Position numbers and translations under genes: made by a program. The notes beneath the pieces were generated by a model. The model had not been told where the DNA came from and ran no database searches. It saw only the letters and a program-made list of their open reading frames with translations. From a virus (Duplodnaviria; Caudoviricetes), in the IMG/VR virus record IMGVR_UViG_3300021255_004427, positions 128,001-192,000 of that record: a stretch of 64,000 nt of DNA; one strand, 5' to 3'. This document shows, one piece after another, positions 27,585 through 37,119 of this stretch (position 1 is the first letter of the stretch; each line of letters opens with the position of its first letter).

Positions 27585-30137
27585 ATGTTAACGCTACCAT
27601 TAACCTTAAAAGATTTAAAGAATTCTATAGGAACAGCGTACACTACGGTTACAAACGCCACCTTCCTAAATCGCATTAAAAATCGCATTAAGGAATCCAT
27701 CAACACGAATTCCTCATCTGGTGAAATATACAATGCTGTTAAGGATGCAGCGTTTACAAATTTGCCGCCCAAAATCGGCTATCTCGACGAAAAGACTGTC
27801 CCGATGTACGCTGCTTACAATATGAGCAACATGGCCGTGACCGACTTACCCTGTTGGATTACTTCGGACTTGGAAGGGAGAGAGATTACCTATTTTAGAG
27901 CGTCTCAGGACGGAGCGCATGGCCTTCAGATATATCGCGCCTTTAGAAGTAACTTATCTGACACGAACGGCTATACTGTAGAAAATCAGCCACTAGCAAT
28001 AACGATTGATGGCGTAGATACAAAGTTTAATCGTGTATATGGTATCTCTAACGATTATATTGTCTTACAGGCAGAAAATGGAAAACGCTACCATTTTGCT
28101 ACTTACTATTCTTCCAATACGGACAACTGGAAGTTAATGCGAGAGGTTACTCATTTTAATAGCTACGGCGATGTAATGGATATACTTTGGTTCGATTCGG
28201 TAAAAAGATACCTTGTTGTATGCCAAACTGGACAGGGAATGGTATATCTCGTTGCAGATGAAAATCTGAACGAAATGTATCGCGATATGGTCTTTGACTT
28301 TACGAAGTTTCACCATAGCGGCAAACCAACTTGGACGTATCATTATAGCACGTATGGCAATACGGCTTCTGCAGCATATATACCAGACCAGAACCGGCTG
28401 GCAACCGTATTCCGAATGGATGCGAATGTCAGAGAAAACGGCTTTGTCATTTACAACTCGGATATGGCGCATCATCCATTGTATTGTAATACCATCAGTA
28501 ATTTTACCCCAGACAAACTACTGACGAATCATTACTTCGCTACGGCGCAGTGGGATACCCCGTTAGCCACTTATTACGATGCGGCAAAGTGGGATTGGTG
28601 GGGCGACAATACGGTTAAGATGGCTACGGGATTAACCAGTCGTGGCACAGAATACTGTCAATATGACTCGCTGAATAAAATGTTTTATTACACACATGGT
28701 GTTCGCGACTGGGCCGGCGTATATATCAAGCGTATCGCCGTTGAAAACCTAAGTTCAAGGGCTGGCACTCGTTTTTTGGATGACAACGCTGGACAAGGAT
28801 GGAACTGGCAAACGCCAGACACTTCTCCGTGGGCCAAGCAAACATATGCCCCTTCCGTGATGTATGACTCTATCGTTTTGCGTGCGCAGTCTAACAAGTA
28901 CGGCGGTGCGTGGAATAATATTATTATTGCGCCGGAGGCGACATCCAACGCAAATATACTGGCTGTTACGGCAGGCTCGTGGGCTGTAGGTGGTGGCGAT
29001 ATAACAAATATTGACTGGGCCGCTGGGTATGGGCGTTATTCCTGCACGAAGGAAAACTTCAATACTAAAGATGGCGTGTCATGGTATCAAATTCTGGAAG
29101 AGAATGGATACTACAATGTTTACCGTCTGGATTATAAAGCTCGTAAGGATCAGGTTGGCAATACTTACAACGACAATGTGTATCGTCCCGCAAGCCCTAT
29201 AGCTAAATTTAAAAAGACTCTTAACTTTGTTGGAGGCATAACGTCATTTGGTTCTTGGGCTTTTAGAAGCGCATCTTTTGGCGGCGGTAATAAGCTCATC
29301 ATCTTCGGGCGCATTTCAAGCAATTATAAATGTGTGAAGAATAGTGAAGACAAGTACGTTCCGCAAGACGAGAACGCTATGCCAGCCTATTATATTATCT
29401 CGGAAGATGGAAACTATTACAAGGTAGATTTACCGCAAAACATGCGCGACTGGTATTTATCTGAAGCAAGTGACCGATGGCCATATATCCGAAATCCAGA
29501 TTGGGTTAATCGCACGCCCTTCTTGGATAGTGATGGTCTGACGCTCTATTATAATAGTCATGAGTTCTATCATGGTAATGGCGATTACTGCTTCGCTGGT
29601 TGGAGAGTAATTTTTTCTTCCGACCTTAAGACTGCCACGAAAGTTGATTCTGTAGCTGCAGGTGATGGCACATGGTGTGGCATCGAAGTTCTTGGTTGGA
29701 ATAAGCGCTTCGGTTATTACCGTACCCGCACCAGAAACCGTACAGGCTCTTTAATTGATACCAGTGCTACAAACCCGGTTAATGTTATTAATCTTGGTGG
29801 CGACGTAAAAACATATACCATTAATAATAGTGGCTCGGTAGGTCTAATTGCTTATATTCAGGCAACGCCTATTTATCTCGGCGGCTATTACAGCGTGCTG
29901 CCCGCTACGGAAGTATACTTAAAAGCCAATAGCGATAATTACATTTACTTATCCAGAGATAAATTGGACTACCAGAAGATAAACGTAGAGAATTACGACC
30001 ATTTGCTAGGGGCGCAGAATAATGATATGGGCATTAACTTCTCCCGTATCCTTATCTCGAAGATAACTACGGATAATAAAAGTGCTACGAGTCAGGAGTA
30101 TTTTAATATCGATTATTATGGAGCAAGCAAGTCATGA
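27585..30137 (+). CDS. Large virion/receptor-binding-like protein (NLPPKIGY family with an aromatic-rich beta insert)
   Basis: 850 aa. Termini match 27045, and the centre is rich in W/Y/N/G. Confidence 0.75.
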   Translation: MLTLPLTLKDLKNSIGTAYTTVTNATFLNRIKNRIKESINTNSSSGEIYNAVKDAAFTNLPPKIGYLDEKTVPMYAAYNMSNMAVTDLPCWITSDLEGREITYFRASQDGAHGLQIYRAFRSNLSDTNGYTVENQPLAITIDGVDTKFNRVYGISNDYIVLQAENGKRYHFATYYSSNTDNWKLMREVTHFNSYGDVMDILWFDSVKRYLVVCQTGQGMVYLVADENLNEMYRDMVFDFTKFHHSGKPTWTYHYSTYGNTASAAYIPDQNRLATVFRMDANVRENGFVIYNSDMAHHPLYCNTISNFTPDKLLTNHYFATAQWDTPLATYYDAAKWDWWGDNTVKMATGLTSRGTEYCQYDSLNKMFYYTHGVRDWAGVYIKRIAVENLSSRAGTRFLDDNAGQGWNWQTPDTSPWAKQTYAPSVMYDSIVLRAQSNKYGGAWNNIIIAPEATSNANILAVTAGSWAVGGGDITNIDWAAGYGRYSCTKENFNTKDGVSWYQILEENGYYNVYRLDYKARKDQVGNTYNDNVYRPASPIAKFKKTLNFVGGITSFGSWAFRSASFGGGNKLIIFGRISSNYKCVKNSEDKYVPQDENAMPAYYIISEDGNYYKVDLPQNMRDWYLSEASDRWPYIRNPDWVNRTPFLDSDGLTLYYNSHEFYHGNGDYCFAGWRVIFSSDLKTATKVDSVAAGDGTWCGIEVLGWNKRFGYYRTRTRNRTGSLIDTSATNPVNVINLGGDVKTYTINNSGSVGLIAYIQATPIYLGGYYSVLPATEVYLKANSDNYIYLSRDKLDYQKINVENYDHLLGAQNNDMGINFSRILISKITTDNKSATSQEYFNIDYYGASKS

Positions 30138-32533
30138 TGTCACTAGCACAAACAATAAAGCATTTAAAAAATACGATAACGAATTATACTAACTTTATCA
30201 ATAGCAAGTCTATCGAGAACTTCGCTACCACTAAGATAGTCAATTATATTAACGGAACTGAAGGCGGCGCAAAATCTATCCGCAATATGATTAAAAATAG
30301 AACGTTTAAAAATTTGCCGCCGAAAATTGGCTACTTCAATGAAACCACCGTACCGTTAATTGCTAACTTCAATATGTCGATTAACGCGGATGCTCCGTGG
30401 GTAATTTCGGACGACCAAGGACGAGAGCTAATGTATTTCCCTGCGAAGGGGAGTCCTACGGACTCGGTTAAGGTATTCAGAGCATACCGCATGAGCACAG
30501 GTTCAGGCTTCATCTATGAAAACGAACCGATAATTCCAGGCTACCTTGAAAACGACGGCAAATATCTAACCAACATACGTGGACTAGGCAATCAATACAT
30601 GGTTGCTATCACAACGGGCGGAAGGGTTCATATCATTAATACTTTTGGTGAGCCGGATACATGGACGTTAGAAGCAGATATTACCGATTTATACAACTCT
30701 GTTCCAGATATTCGCCTGAGCGTTATCTACTTTAAGGAATATGGTACGATTTACATTCCCGGCACTGTAGGAGATGGCCATAATATTGGAGGCCGATTAT
30801 ACAAGGTATCTACTGGCGAGCTAATAAAGACAGATAAAATCTTTGATTTTGTACAGGTAATTGGAGAGCAAAACTCAAACATAAAAACGATGTATGCTGA
30901 AATAGGAGACGCTGCCGCGGTTTATAACGAAGCAACGAGCGAAATGGCTTGGCTTGGACGTAGCTATATTCAATGGTACAACTCGGATAACTCGGTAAGT
31001 GCAAATTATCATTCCATGTTAGTGCTGTGCGACTGCCCCAAAGAGCATTTTATGGATGGACGAGAGACGTTAGTTAATAAAATACCAAACAGCGAATATA
31101 AAATACAAGCGCACAAAAGAGGGTTATGCCCGCGAGGAGATAGCGGAATGAGGCACGCTACGTACGACTCGATGGAAAAGGTAATTCGAACCGTTTATCG
31201 ATATCAGAGTTCAGATTCAATTGATTTGTTTACCAGAAGTGCTACATCTTCAGTAAGTCATGCCTGTGATTACTTCTTAGGCGGACTTGTCACATCTGGT
31301 ATTCAAAGCTCTGATGCTGCGCCATGGGCTAAACGAATGATGCAGCCTGTGGTTTATAACGACGATACATATTTGTATGGCATAAGTAAGAAATATGGCG
31401 GACAGCGTATCCATGTGGATTTTGTGACAGACGGCAACGGATTGTGCAATATAACAGCGGGAACGTGGTGGCTGTCCGGGTCGTATGGGGATTGTGGAGA
31501 CTTGTCCTTACCTCTGATCTCTTGTGTTAAAACAGAGGACTCGTCTAAATTTTATTACACCGACGACAGCAATATTGTAAGGGAAGTACGTACAGAAAGC
31601 TTTACCGCTGACGACTACGCACGAAACGGTAGACGGTATTTAGTTAATACCGACATTAAGGCCCCATCGATTCCAACGGGTTATTTCATTAAATCGAGGA
31701 TGTATAATCCTAAGTGGAATAAATGGTTCTTTATATCCGAAAAGAGTGGTACAGCTTTAGTTGGTGATACTTTCCTATTAGAATACGATATCGCAACTGG
31801 AGCATGGACTGAACATTGGGATGAACGACCACAGTCGTGGCTGGATGCTGCGCAAGCCTCTTTAGGCAGCTTGGGTAATCGTTCGGGATGCAGCGTATCG
31901 TCAAATGCATTCATTGATGATGATGGTACCATGTATTTTAAAATATGTTTTAATTACATCGGTGGAGCAGGAGATGCGCACCTAATAAAATTGACTCGCA
32001 CTGGAACTAACTATACGATGACGCCAGTTGGCGGCGCGGTAATGTCCGGCACTTACGCTTCCAACCATCATATGTTTGGCTGGAATAACAAGTATCATTA
32101 CTTCTTTGCGTGGGGGTCAGTAGTAGGAACTACGGAATCTCGAATTTATTCTACTAGGCATTGGGGAGATTCACCAGACAAGCCTAACGGCGCAAAGTCA
32201 TTATTTGAAGACGGTGATTACTATACTTGGCGTTTTGTATGTGCCAGCGCTACTGGTATGGTTTGCTATCTGCAGGATACTCCGGTATTCTTAGGCGGTT
32301 ATTTTTCTACGGTTCCCGCTAAGGAAATTCCACTTAAACCGAATTCTGCTAACTATATCTATTTCCATAGAAATAGTGATGATTACAAGGTAGTAGACGT
32401 AGAGGTAACACAGTCGCCGCGAAATGATGTGGACGGTTTTAACCGTATCTACCTTACCAAGGTGGTAACCAACGCTGACGGTCCTGTATCACAAGAATAT
32501 AATCAGATAGATAATTATCATAAGAAAAAGTAA
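30134..32533 (+). CDS. Large virion/receptor-binding-like protein (paralog of 27585)
   Basis: 799 aa with NLPPKIGY..E.TVP, GRE..YF.A, D..PWAK and LGGY.S..PA motifs shared with 27585. Confidence 0.75.
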   Translation: MMSLAQTIKHLKNTITNYTNFINSKSIENFATTKIVNYINGTEGGAKSIRNMIKNRTFKNLPPKIGYFNETTVPLIANFNMSINADAPWVISDDQGRELMYFPAKGSPTDSVKVFRAYRMSTGSGFIYENEPIIPGYLENDGKYLTNIRGLGNQYMVAITTGGRVHIINTFGEPDTWTLEADITDLYNSVPDIRLSVIYFKEYGTIYIPGTVGDGHNIGGRLYKVSTGELIKTDKIFDFVQVIGEQNSNIKTMYAEIGDAAAVYNEATSEMAWLGRSYIQWYNSDNSVSANYHSMLVLCDCPKEHFMDGRETLVNKIPNSEYKIQAHKRGLCPRGDSGMRHATYDSMEKVIRTVYRYQSSDSIDLFTRSATSSVSHACDYFLGGLVTSGIQSSDAAPWAKRMMQPVVYNDDTYLYGISKKYGGQRIHVDFVTDGNGLCNITAGTWWLSGSYGDCGDLSLPLISCVKTEDSSKFYYTDDSNIVREVRTESFTADDYARNGRRYLVNTDIKAPSIPTGYFIKSRMYNPKWNKWFFISEKSGTALVGDTFLLEYDIATGAWTEHWDERPQSWLDAAQASLGSLGNRSGCSVSSNAFIDDDGTMYFKICFNYIGGAGDAHLIKLTRTGTNYTMTPVGGAVMSGTYASNHHMFGWNNKYHYFFAWGSVVGTTESRIYSTRHWGDSPDKPNGAKSLFEDGDYYTWRFVCASATGMVCYLQDTPVFLGGYFSTVPAKEIPLKPNSANYIYFHRNSDDYKVVDVEVTQSPRNDVDGFNRIYLTKVVTNADGPVSQEYNQIDNYHKKK

Positions 32534-32553
32534 AGTTTTGACATCTAGTCACC

Positions 32554-32586
32554 GATGTAACCAAATCTCAAACACAAAGGTAATAT
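32554..32586 (+). promoter_or_regulatory. Putative late promoter GATGTA-N19-GGTAATAT
   Basis: Same two boxes and same spacing as at 34061 and 36990. Confidence 0.65.
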
Positions 32587-32664
32587 ACCCCTTAGATGGG
32601 TACGACAAAATGGGCGGTCGTTTTTGGCCGCCATTGTTATGTCTGAAGAAAGGAAAAGGTAATC

Positions 32665-33336
32665 ATGGATACTAAAACCTACAACGTAAATCTTAAAGCT
32701 AAGAAAACTTCTTGGGGAGGGCTTGCTTTTAACTTAAGTAAAAACGGAAAATTACTGGGCGGAGTTAATAAGCCTATGGACAGTGAAATGGCTTTGATTT
32801 TGACTAATGAAAAACATTTAATGGATCAATTTTATAATCCGTACGAAAATTTGGAATATATTCCAGATGAATTTATCCTTGCGCCAGACTTAACTACTTG
32901 CCAAGAAATGTTTGCGTACGGAACAAGTTTAAAATCAATCAATTTATCTTTATTTGACACGTCTAATATGACAAGCTTATATTGGATGTTTGCATGGTGT
33001 GAATCTCTATTAGAAGTAGATGTAAGTAGCTTTAACACAAGCAAGGTAACACATTTCGGCGGAGTTTTTATGAATTGTCACGCCTTAAAATCGTTAGACC
33101 TAACCAGTTGGGATACATCAAATGGAAAGTTTTTTAGTAATATGTTTAGTCAATGCTACGAGTTAGAAGAGATTAAAGGAGTCATAGATATAACCAAAGC
33201 AGGCACTGGTTTTAGCGGAATGTTTGGAAACTGCGATAAGTTAAAACAGATTAAAATAAAAGCTACGCCAGACCAGCAACGATATTTCCGTAGCACAGCT
33301 GAGCTTAACTCCAGTACTGAAGTTATCTTTGTGTAA
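32665..33336 (+). CDS. BspA/DUF285-like leucine-rich repeat protein
   Basis: LxxLDLSxFDTSxVTxMxxMFxxC-type repeats. Confidence 0.85.
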   Translation: MDTKTYNVNLKAKKTSWGGLAFNLSKNGKLLGGVNKPMDSEMALILTNEKHLMDQFYNPYENLEYIPDEFILAPDLTTCQEMFAYGTSLKSINLSLFDTSNMTSLYWMFAWCESLLEVDVSSFNTSKVTHFGGVFMNCHALKSLDLTSWDTSNGKFFSNMFSQCYELEEIKGVIDITKAGTGFSGMFGNCDKLKQIKIKATPDQQRYFRSTAELNSSTEVIFV

Positions 33337-33370
33337 CTCTTACACTTAAAGAAAGGGTAGATTAAATACT

Positions 33371-34048
33371 ATGGACAATAAAACCTACGAAGTAAAATTA
33401 AAAGCTCTCAAGACCAATCCTGAAATTAATTGCCAGTTAAACGCTATGAGAGGAAAAAAGAAAGTAAGCGTCTTAAACAAGAAGATGGAAACAGATTTGG
33501 AGAGTATTTTCTTGACGGATACTAATCATATCGTTGCCAAAATACTTACAGGTAAAAGTTCGTACACAGGTACAGCATTTGATGTTAGATTTCGTTCCAC
33601 TTCTAACTTAACTAATTTAAGTTGTGCATTTAAAGCATGTACACAGGTTAAACAAATTGATGTAAGTGGAATAGATGTTTCAAATGTCAAAACGTTGGAA
33701 TATACATTCGGTTATTGCCGTAAGTTAAAATCTATCGATTTATCTAATTGGAATACGTCTGCGGTAACCAATTTTCATTGTATGTTTTCTAATTGCTTGG
33801 CTCTTGAACGAGTTGATGGAGTAATCGATATGACATCCATGCCTCGTTCCATAAATAACGATACGATTGGTTTCTTTGAAGTTATGTTCGACTCTAATGC
33901 TACAAATCTTCGCGGCGTAAAATTGAAAAATGTTCCGGATAACTTCATGGAAAATGTTACCATTCGTCGTGGAAGCAGTCCGACCATACATCCGGGATAC
34001 CGCTGGTGCGGTTTTAACTCCCCTGACCAATTCGAAATAGTTTCCTGA
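33371..34048 (+). CDS. BspA/DUF285-like leucine-rich repeat protein
   Basis: LKSIDLSNWNTSAVTNFHCMFSNC repeats. N-terminus paralogous to 32665. Confidence 0.85.
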   Translation: MDNKTYEVKLKALKTNPEINCQLNAMRGKKKVSVLNKKMETDLESIFLTDTNHIVAKILTGKSSYTGTAFDVRFRSTSNLTNLSCAFKACTQVKQIDVSGIDVSNVKTLEYTFGYCRKLKSIDLSNWNTSAVTNFHCMFSNCLALERVDGVIDMTSMPRSINNDTIGFFEVMFDSNATNLRGVKLKNVPDNFMENVTIRRGSSPTIHPGYRWCGFNSPDQFEIVS

Positions 34049-34105
34049 GTTCTACGTACTGATGTAGCTGAACTTCGTATCCATAGGTAATATGTCCCAT
34101 GTAAG
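34041..34105 (+). promoter_or_regulatory. Putative late promoter region, duplicated at 36970-37034
   Basis: tttcctg.gttctacg....gatgtagct.a......tatcca.aggtaat.......atgtaag present in both copies. Confidence 0.7.
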
Positions 34106-34184
34106 GTGGCGCGAGGCGGCCATGTTCTTGCCGCCCGCACTATCTCTCACACATAAAACTTTATTTTCAAAGGAGAAATGAGAA

Positions 34185-35174
34185 ATGTCTCTTACAAACC
34201 TCTCTCAGATTAAAGGTCTGAAAAATCTTCGCGGCGATGTAGACTTGCTCTTAAAGTCCTATGATGCTGCAAAAGTTGTAACTCAAATCGCTAAAGCAGA
34301 GGGCGAAGGCAACTACAATGTTGAGGAACTGCTCGAAGCATTGAAGTCCAAACTGGACGCTATCGCTGGCACAGGTGAAGGCCAGTCTCTCGACGCCCTC
34401 AAAAAGGCTATTGACGACCTGAAGAATAAGCCTATTAAAGCTTACACGGGCAACGCCGAAGAACCGGTAAAAGAGTATAAGCTCTTCGAACTGCCGGAAG
34501 ATGCTCTCCTTAAGAGTGACGAGCTGGACATCACGGCTTATCAGAATGCCTTGGATGCACTGGTAGCTAAGCTGGCCGCCAATAAAGACCTTATCAATGC
34601 GGTTAAGGAACTGGTCGGCGAGCAGAGCGCTCAGGAACAGATTGCTGCCGCCATTAAGGCTATGGAAGATGCCTTAGCTCTTAAGGCTGACCAGGCCGAC
34701 GTAGACAAGACCAGCGCTGCCGCTCAGGTACTTGATACTAAGGTTAAGGCTCTCGAAGAAGGTGCTGTGGCTGAAGTTCAGGACGTAGTAGCCCTGGGCG
34801 ACCTTCAGGTAGCTCTCCCGATGACTAAGGAAGCTAACGACCGTCTGGTTCGTGTTTACGTTAACGGCGCTGTTTACTACGAAGGTGACGATTTCACCGT
34901 TGACCGCCAGAAAAAGGAAGTTAACTGGACGCTGACTGACTTCGAACTGACCAAGGCTATCGCCTCCAAGGTAACGGTTAAGTATTACGCTCCGTTGGGT
35001 TTGGGCGAAGAACCGTTTGACCCGTCGCTTATTCAGCTTGATGACTCTAAGATTGTCTTGACCCGTGAAGAGCCGGAAAAGAGCTTTAATGTAACCATCC
35101 CGGCCGACTGTACGCTGGAAGTAGTTCCGTCCGACCCGGAAGCTGTTGAAGTAACGGTAACGGAAGTAAAGTAA
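34185..35174 (+). CDS. Abundant virion fibre/decoration-like protein (paralog of 37120)
   Basis: MSLTNLSQIKG..LLKSYDAAKV N-terminus, coiled coil, VYVNG..YYEGDDFTVD Ig-like domain, strong codon bias. Confidence 0.75.
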   Translation: MSLTNLSQIKGLKNLRGDVDLLLKSYDAAKVVTQIAKAEGEGNYNVEELLEALKSKLDAIAGTGEGQSLDALKKAIDDLKNKPIKAYTGNAEEPVKEYKLFELPEDALLKSDELDITAYQNALDALVAKLAANKDLINAVKELVGEQSAQEQIAAAIKAMEDALALKADQADVDKTSAAAQVLDTKVKALEEGAVAEVQDVVALGDLQVALPMTKEANDRLVRVYVNGAVYYEGDDFTVDRQKKEVNWTLTDFELTKAIASKVTVKYYAPLGLGEEPFDPSLIQLDDSKIVLTREEPEKSFNVTIPADCTLEVVPSDPEAVEVTVTEVK

Positions 35175-35251
35175 GCAAAATAAAGTTGGCGGCGCCCTGA
35201 AAACAGGGCGTCCAAGCCAACTTAAAGTGTATTTCATTAGAAGGTGAATGA

Positions 35252-35926
35252 ATGGACTTCAGGAAGTTTTCAATAAAAACCAAGAGGATCTCAAAAGACG
35301 AAAAAGAAATCGGTATAAGCCTCAATGCATACAGGGAAGGTAAGATTGTTTCAAAGACAGGCTTAGATGTAGAAGTTTGTAACACTATTTTCTTTACGGA
35401 CACCTGTCACAGCTTCCAGTACAATAATATATATTCTCTTGAGGAACTAAAGGTTCTCACTAGCATACCTAAATATAGAGTGAGTCCTAAGATTAAGGAC
35501 GTTTCTTATATGTTCGGCAACTGCCGCAGCGTAGAGTCGATAGACACGTCTGCTTTTTATGGCATCCAGCCGAAGGACATGACGGGGATGTTCTTTTTCT
35601 GTCAAAATCTCAAATATCTAGACTTGACAGGGATAGATTTCTCCCAAGTCACGAGTTATAGAGTAATGTTTCATAGCTGCACTTCATTGCAGCGAATAGA
35701 CGGAGTGTTTGACTTATCAAATATCAAGAGCAATGACGATCTTGAAAATCTAAACAATATGTTCAAGAAATGCCCGTCTACGCTAAAAGTGAAGTTAAGA
35801 AATATTCCAAGCAATTTCTATACCGCTATTAAACCTAAGAGAACAAGTGATTTTGGCAATGTGGTAGCGATGCCTTGTTCTCAGCGTATGGGATTGAAGC
35901 CTGAGCAGATAGAGATTGTTGAATAA
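35252..35926 (+). CDS. BspA/DUF285-like leucine-rich repeat protein
   Basis: LKYLDLTGIDFSQVTSYRVMFHSC repeats. C-terminus VKLRNIP...QIEIVE matches 33371. Confidence 0.85.
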   Translation: MDFRKFSIKTKRISKDEKEIGISLNAYREGKIVSKTGLDVEVCNTIFFTDTCHSFQYNNIYSLEELKVLTSIPKYRVSPKIKDVSYMFGNCRSVESIDTSAFYGIQPKDMTGMFFFCQNLKYLDLTGIDFSQVTSYRVMFHSCTSLQRIDGVFDLSNIKSNDDLENLNNMFKKCPSTLKVKLRNIPSNFYTAIKPKRTSDFGNVVAMPCSQRMGLKPEQIEIVE

Positions 35927-35940
35927 TAACGGAGAACATA

Positions 35941-36957
35941 TTGACCATGAACAGACTCAAGACTTATGAGGTATTATTAAGGGCGTTAGATAATACCTCC
36001 CTAGCCACAATTGATATTAGTGTAAACAAAAAAGGAAAAAATATTTTCCAACGCACCAAGGGCGTAGAGGCAAATGGATTCCCTGTGCCTTACCTTAGTT
36101 TTATAGAAGAAAACAAGAGCCCATTTACGTTAAAGACAACGAATACTCAAAAAAACTGGAATGGAAAATTAGAATATTCTACGGACAAGAAGATATGGAA
36201 CGAATGGAACGGAGAGGAGATTTCTTCTTCTGATAACGGCGAATTATTTTTGCGAGGAGAAAACAATTCTCACATTGTAGACGCAGCAAAAAAAGCATCA
36301 GAGCAACCATTCGTGTTCAGTGACAACAATCGAATACAATGCATCGGAAACATCGAAACGTTACTTGACTGTAAAATGGTAATGAATGGGGAGCATCCGC
36401 GTATGGATGACAGGTGTTTTAGTGCGCTTTTCTACAAAGCAAAATCATTGACATCCGTATATGAATTAGAATTACCTGCAAAGCAATTGACGTACGCATG
36501 CTATAATGCTATGTTTTGCGACACATCAATCACGAAAACACCAAAAGAATTACCTGCCATTTCTTTAGCAGAAGGTTGTTACAGTGCTATGTTTCAAGGC
36601 TGTGCAGATTTAATTGAAGCGCCAAAAACACTACCTGCGAAACAAACTTTTACATATAGCTATTCCAGTATGTTTTCCCAGTGCAGCGCCTTGGTTAGTG
36701 CGCCCGAAATATTAGCTACGTCTATGGGAGTAGGTTGCTGTAACGCCATGTTTAGCGAGTGCGATTCGCTTATTACACCTCCTTCTAAGTTGCCTGCAAC
36801 TAACCTGGGAAAAGGATGTTATACAGGCATGTTCATTGGGAGCTATAAGTTAAATGGAACAATCCACTGTCCTACATCTACGGCCAATGACCCCAACAGA
36901 CTTGACATTAACGTCGATATTCCAGCTAATACAGCTACCGTAGTATATGACTTATAA
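35941..36957 (+). CDS. Adhesin-like repeat protein (N-terminus of the LRR family, body paralogous to 21384)
   Basis: KTYEVLLRAL N-terminus, YLSFIEEN.PFTLKT, LPAxxLxxxCYxxMF repeats, PANTATVVYDL end. Confidence 0.8.
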   Translation: MTMNRLKTYEVLLRALDNTSLATIDISVNKKGKNIFQRTKGVEANGFPVPYLSFIEENKSPFTLKTTNTQKNWNGKLEYSTDKKIWNEWNGEEISSSDNGELFLRGENNSHIVDAAKKASEQPFVFSDNNRIQCIGNIETLLDCKMVMNGEHPRMDDRCFSALFYKAKSLTSVYELELPAKQLTYACYNAMFCDTSITKTPKELPAISLAEGCYSAMFQGCADLIEAPKTLPAKQTFTYSYSSMFSQCSALVSAPEILATSMGVGCCNAMFSECDSLITPPSKLPATNLGKGCYTGMFIGSYKLNGTIHCPTSTANDPNRLDINVDIPANTATVVYDL

Positions 36958-36969
36958 TCCCTAAAATAC

Positions 36970-37034
36970 TTTCCTGTGTTCTACGGTTAGATGTAGCTAA
37001 TCTCGCTATCCACAGGTAATGTATACGATGTAAG
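36970..37034 (+). promoter_or_regulatory. Putative late promoter region (second copy)
   Basis: GATGTA at 36990 and GGTAATGT at 37015. Confidence 0.7.
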
Positions 37035-37119
37035 AGTAAAGCTCAGACGGTCTGTTTTAAAAAGGCCGCCGACGCTGTCTCTTAGTTAAATTTCTATACT
37101 ATAAAAGGAGAAATGTGTA

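Noticed and set aside
21600-36957. 21384 and 35941 as a DGR VR/TR pair
   Set aside because: Both are intact genes, and the differences are not confined to adenines. This is ordinary paralogy.
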